DNA of 9,462 nucleotides from a virus (Duplodnaviria; Heunggongvirae; Uroviricota; Caudoviricetes): IMG/VR virus record IMGVR_UViG_2571042690_000013; one strand, 5' to 3'. Shown piece by piece: positions 6,296 to 9,462 of this stretch (position 1 is its first letter; each line of letters starts with the position of its first letter). The notes under the pieces were generated by a model. It saw only the letters and a program-made list of their open reading frames with translations, ran no database searches and was not told where the DNA came from. The position numbers and the translations under genes were made by a program.

Positions 6296-7066
6296 TCACT
6301 TTTCCGATACAACACGGCGGGAAGAATCAGTAATCTGTCGAACAATATCCCGGTGCTTGTTCAGCTCCCGCAGCGCGGCGCAGACTCGCTCCCACTTCTG
6401 AACATCACTTTTCGCCCTGCGCAGCGCCAGGTTTGCCCTGCGAAGGGACGGAAAAATCAGCTCATCTGCTTGCGTTTCGGTAAACGATGGCAACGGCTGC
6501 ACAATGTCCGCCACAGTTTCTGTTTTAATTTCTTCCTGTGTTGCGGCTTCCCGGACTGGTAACGCAGCACCTGCTGGCTGAGGAAAGGCCTTACCATCAC
6601 TTTCCGTTACCAGCGCGGCTTTCGGCTCTGCTGGTAAATTATCGCCCGGCATGCAGTAACGAAATTTACCGTTCTGATTAACGCGTGCCAGCCGCCCCGT
6701 TGCGGTTACCACCGCCAGCGTGGAAGCAACCTTGCGAGTACTGACACCGAACTTACCCGCCAGTTCCTCACACGTTTTAGCCCCATCCTGACCGATAAAC
6801 TCAATCATCATGTCTGCGGTAACTTTTTGTTCGACCTCCCCGGTCAGCATATCCTGTGCTTCAGATTTTACTGGCCGCTCTTCGGTTACCCGGGATTCAC
6901 CTTCGCCAGCCAGAAACCAGGTGTGACCAGTTTTATCAACGACGCCTTTTCTTTTGAGTTCCCACAGCTCGTTGACAGCCTCTTCACGACTGATTCCAAG
7001 GCGAGCTGCCACCACATGTGAAGAGGCTTTTTTCAGTGCTTTCAGTGCGTCAGATACGGTTTCCAT
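6296..7066 (-). CDS. Hypothetical protein (256 aa) with two winged-helix-like segments and an acidic Pro/Ala/Glu-rich linker
   Basis: ATG at 7066 preceded by GGAGG 9 nt upstream. Segments VAARLGISREEAVNELWELKRKGVV and CEELAGKFGVSTRKVASTLAVVTATGRLARV look like HTH/wHTH units. No family recognised with confidence. Confidence 0.55.
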   Translation of the reverse strand: METVSDALKALKKASSHVVAARLGISREEAVNELWELKRKGVVDKTGHTWFLAGEGESRVTEERPVKSEAQDMLTGEVEQKVTADMMIEFIGQDGAKTCEELAGKFGVSTRKVASTLAVVTATGRLARVNQNGKFRYCMPGDNLPAEPKAALVTESDGKAFPQPAGAALPVREAATQEEIKTETVADIVQPLPSFTETQADELIFPSLRRANLALRRAKSDVQKWERVCAALRELNKHRDIVRQITDSSRRVVSEK

Positions 7067-7087
7067 TAAAATTTCCTCCGGACAAAA

Positions 7088-7834
7088 TTACTTCACAACC
7101 CTCATATTGCTGACATTTGGACGCCAGCTATCCCAGTTAAACGTCACCCATCGACCACCGTTCATGGTCATGCGGTCCATAATCCTCTCACCAAGAAGCG
7201 TACTCATTGCGGCATGATTCAGGTTTGTTAACATCCCGACACTGCACAGTGATGCTGTCCGGCGATCAATTATCTGGTGCAATACCACCTGCTCGTTTTT
7301 CGTCTCCCGCTGAACGCCTATTTCATCCAGGACCAGCAAATCAACCCCGCAAAGCTCCTGTAAAAATTTTTCCCCGGATTTGCCGTTGTCGTAGCTGTCA
7401 TGCAACACGCTCATGACGTCAGACACGGTGACGATAATCACGCTGCGCCCCTTCACCATCAGCCGGTTGCCCATCGCCGCTGCAAGGTGATTTTTCCCGG
7501 TGCCGGTTTTACCGCTGAACACAAAATTCGTGCACCCGGTCATCAGTTCGTCAGCTATGGATTTGGCCTGGCTCAGCGCGTATTTTTGCCCGTCGTTCTG
7601 CACCTGATAATTTGCAAACGAGCATTTGCTGTGCAGAGGCTGGATGCCCGAACGATTCAGGATTTTTTCCACCCGCAACTGGCGATTCTGGCGGTTAATC
7701 TCCTCGCTGCGTTTTCGTCCTTCAGCAAGTTGCCATTCCCGCCACTCCTCCACCGTCCGGTACGGTGGAACCGACCCCTGTGGTGCAAGTCTGCGAATAC
7801 GTTCAAGAACCCCAACTGCCGCAATGTTTTTCAT
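7088..7834 (-). CDS. DnaC/IstB-like AAA+ helicase loader (lambda P analogue)
   Basis: 248-aa ORF with Walker A FSGKTGTGKNHLAAA and Walker B DLLVLDEIG. Sits 6 nt downstream of the O-like stop. Confidence 0.85.
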   Translation of the reverse strand: MKNIAAVGVLERIRRLAPQGSVPPYRTVEEWREWQLAEGRKRSEEINRQNRQLRVEKILNRSGIQPLHSKCSFANYQVQNDGQKYALSQAKSIADELMTGCTNFVFSGKTGTGKNHLAAAMGNRLMVKGRSVIIVTVSDVMSVLHDSYDNGKSGEKFLQELCGVDLLVLDEIGVQRETKNEQVVLHQIIDRRTASLCSVGMLTNLNHAAMSTLLGERIMDRMTMNGGRWVTFNWDSWRPNVSNMRVVK

Positions 7835-7840
7835 GACACG

Positions 7841-9055
7841 TCACCCCCTGAATCCCGGCGGTATTTCAGTGTCCGGTTCAGAAATGTGATTCACGCAACG
7901 CTGCGCAGGCGAACGCCCCAGGCGGATAACCAGTTCATCCCATTTTTCCCGGAGTTTTGCCGGACTCATGATGTTTTTTACCCAGAACGAATCCCGCTGG
8001 AGACGCCCAAACATTTCACAAATTTGTCTGTGAGTTCTGCCATCCAGCATCCGCATTGTGCGAACGTCATTGGCCCATGCTGTCCAGTTGGGTTCTTTCG
8101 GTCTAGTGATCTCAATTTCAGTGTCCGGTTCAGAAATGTGATTCACGCAACGCTGCGCAGGCGAACGCCCCAGGCGGATAACCAGTTCATCCCATTTTTC
8201 CCGGAGTTTTGCCGGACTCATGATGTTTTTTACCCAGAACGAATCCCGCTGGAGACGCCCAAACATTTCACAAATTTGTCTGTGAGTTCTGCCATCCAGC
8301 ATCCGCATTGTGCGAACGTCATTGGCCCATGCTGTCCAGTTGGGTTCTTTCGGTCTAGTGATCTCGCCATCATAGCTGGCCGCCTGCTCGTAAAGACTCA
8401 CGATTCGTCCCCAGATCCACTGTGCGCACACCAAATCTTCCTGACTTCCCCACTGGCGTTTTTTCGCACTGAACACAACCGCGTCAGGGTGTCGGGTTAA
8501 AAAATCCTGTTCAGCCGTCTGCGGGTCCGGTTGCGAAGCGTCCGGACAAGAAGATCTTTTATCTGACGGATCAGGTTTTAATACTGACGGATCGGGGTCA
8601 ATCATCGGCCCCCTAATCGGCAGTTTTTTATCAACAGTTGATCCATCAAAATTTGACGGGTCAACCGTTGAGGGGTCAATATTTGACGGGTCAACTGTTA
8701 ACGGGTCATTTTTTGCCGGGCTAATTTTTCTTTTCGGTTTATATGACTCACGCGCCGCCGCCGCAGCTGCTTCGAGTTTTTCCACATTAAGCCGATAGAT
8801 ATTGCTTACATTACGCCCACCGACCTTACGCTCTTCCTTCGTCAGCCAGCCCTCTTTCGCCAGTTCTGCAATAGCCGATTTCACTGTGGATTCACTTCTT
8901 GCACCGATCTGACGCCGGATAGTTTCAATGGCAGGCCATGACACGCCCTCGTCATTGCTGTAGTCTGCAAGACGGGCCATAACCGCCACCCTGGATAAGA
9001 TCATGCCGGTGAAGGCGCACCCTTCCCAGACAAGACCATGAAGCTTGCTGCTCAT
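7841..9055 (-). CDS. Replication initiator / replisome organiser (lambda O analogue) with N-terminal winged-helix domain; contains an internal 84-codon perfect tandem duplication
   Basis: Preferred start is ATG 9055 (MSSKLHGLVW...) with GGGGG 4 nt upstream; the track ORF starts at GTG 9070. The N-terminus has an HTH-like segment, the middle encodes DPS(N/T)(I/V)D peptide repeats from the DNA iterons, and the segment EITRPKEPNW...HISEPDTEI occurs twice consecutively. Confidence 0.75.
   Translation of the reverse strand: MSSKLHGLVWEGCAFTGMILSRVAVMARLADYSNDEGVSWPAIETIRRQIGARSESTVKSAIAELAKEGWLTKEERKVGGRNVSNIYRLNVEKLEAAAAAARESYKPKRKISPAKNDPLTVDPSNIDPSTVDPSNFDGSTVDKKLPIRGPMIDPDPSVLKPDPSDKRSSCPDASQPDPQTAEQDFLTRHPDAVVFSAKKRQWGSQEDLVCAQWIWGRIVSLYEQAASYDGEITRPKEPNWTAWANDVRTMRMLDGRTHRQICEMFGRLQRDSFWVKNIMSPAKLREKWDELVIRLGRSPAQRCVNHISEPDTEIEITRPKEPNWTAWANDVRTMRMLDGRTHRQICEMFGRLQRDSFWVKNIMSPAKLREKWDELVIRLGRSPAQRCVNHISEPDTEIPPGFRG
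7863..8366. repeat. Perfect 252-bp tandem direct duplication (2 copies) within the O-like gene
   Basis: 7863-8113 is identical to 8115-8365 by direct comparison. The period is 252 bp (84 codons), so the duplication is in-frame. Confidence 0.9.
8563..8709. repeat. Iteron cluster (putative phage origin) inside the O-like gene
   Basis: At least seven dyad-symmetric 12-mers of form YTGA-N4-TCAR: CTGACGGATCAG (8563), CTGACGGATCGG (8584), TTGATCCATCAA (8638), TTGACGGGTCAA (8653 and 8683), TTGAGGGGTCAA (8668), TTAACGGGTCAT (8698). An AT-rich stretch follows at 8710-8740. Confidence 0.6.
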
Positions 9056-9077
9056 AAAACCCCCGAACACCGTGCTT

Positions 9078-9462
9078 TTAGTGCATCACCACAGCATTCC
9101 CTGCCGGGCCGCCGCGATTCATCTGGTCATACAAAACAACCGCTGACGCAACAAAATCATCGACATCCTTCACCAGCCGATCCCTCCGTTCGACGATCTC
9201 ACGGTAATATTCAGAACTGTGGCTGCGCATACGGGCCACCAGCAAAGGCGGCATCGCCTTTTCGATCGCCGGTAACAGAGCCTGCATTTTTTCAACAGCA
9301 TCAGGGGTGTCTTTATCCAGCCAACGGAAAATTTTCTGGGTATTACGGGCCAGGGCTTCCGGATGGCTGTCGTCATACAGTTCCGGGAACGTCATTCCCA
9401 GCTCGAAATACGCTTTGGTAATTTTCGCAGCCGGCACTTTTTCGCCGTCCGGATGCGCCCAG
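9078..9462 (-). CDS. Partial ORF running off the window edge; possibly a YdaT-like (cII-equivalent) regulator
   Basis: The open frame continues to position 9462 with no stop, so the 5' end is outside the window. It ends in TAA at 9078, 7 nt before the O-like gene. The YdaT-like call is from position upstream of the initiator and size only. Confidence 0.3.
   Translation of the reverse strand, partial: WAHPDGEKVPAAKITKAYFELGMTFPELYDDSHPEALARNTQKIFRWLDKDTPDAVEKMQALLPAIEKAMPPLLVARMRSHSSEYYREIVERRDRLVKDVDDFVASAVVLYDQMNRGGPAGNAVVMH

Noticed and set aside
7400-8500. Long plus-strand ORF (366 aa) across the helicase-loader and initiator genes
   Set aside because: It is entirely antisense to two well-supported minus-strand genes, has no recognisable motifs, and its length is inflated by the 252-bp duplication, which keeps any frame open. 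It is low-complexity and Arg/Pro/Ser-rich, typical of antisense translation.
9056-9070. GTG start of the initiator at 9070 (MFGGF...)
   Set aside because: The ATG at 9055 has a better-placed G-rich Shine-Dalgarno sequence. The difference is five codons, so either remains possible.
1-9462. CRISPR arrays, insertion sequences, integrase or attachment sites
   Set aside because: No spacer-repeat periodicity, no terminal inverted repeats flanking a transposase-like ORF, and no integrase-like ORF. The only repeats seen are the two tandem duplications and the iterons.

Overview
This window reads as a segment of a lambdoid prophage of an Escherichia-like enterobacterium, with every supportable gene on the minus strand (transcription runs from high to low coordinates). 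In transcription order: a partial YdaT-like (cII-equivalent) gene at the right edge; an O-like replication initiator carrying an internal cluster of dyad-symmetric iterons; a DnaC/IstB-like helicase loader; two uncharacterised winged-helix-like proteins; a QueH-like (DUF208) protein; a mok/hok type I toxin locus; a Rem-like small protein; a DUF968 protein with an HNH-like C-terminus; RusA; a Q antiterminator; a late-promoter candidate with two intrinsic terminators; an orphan beta-class DNA methyltransferase; and a tRNA cluster (tRNA-Ile CAU, then a tRNA-Arg UCU cut by the window edge). Two perfect tandem duplications stand out: a 16-bp one that frameshifts hok, and a 252-bp in-frame one that duplicates 84 codons near the 3' end of the O-like gene. 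I cannot point to a clearly novel system with confidence; the best candidates for follow-up are the QueH-like moron next to hok, the terminator-bracketed methyltransferase cassette, and the two unknown proteins downstream of the helicase loader. All family assignments are from motifs and recalled similarity, not from a database search. The plus-strand ORFs in the track are all antisense to these genes and I regard them as non-coding.
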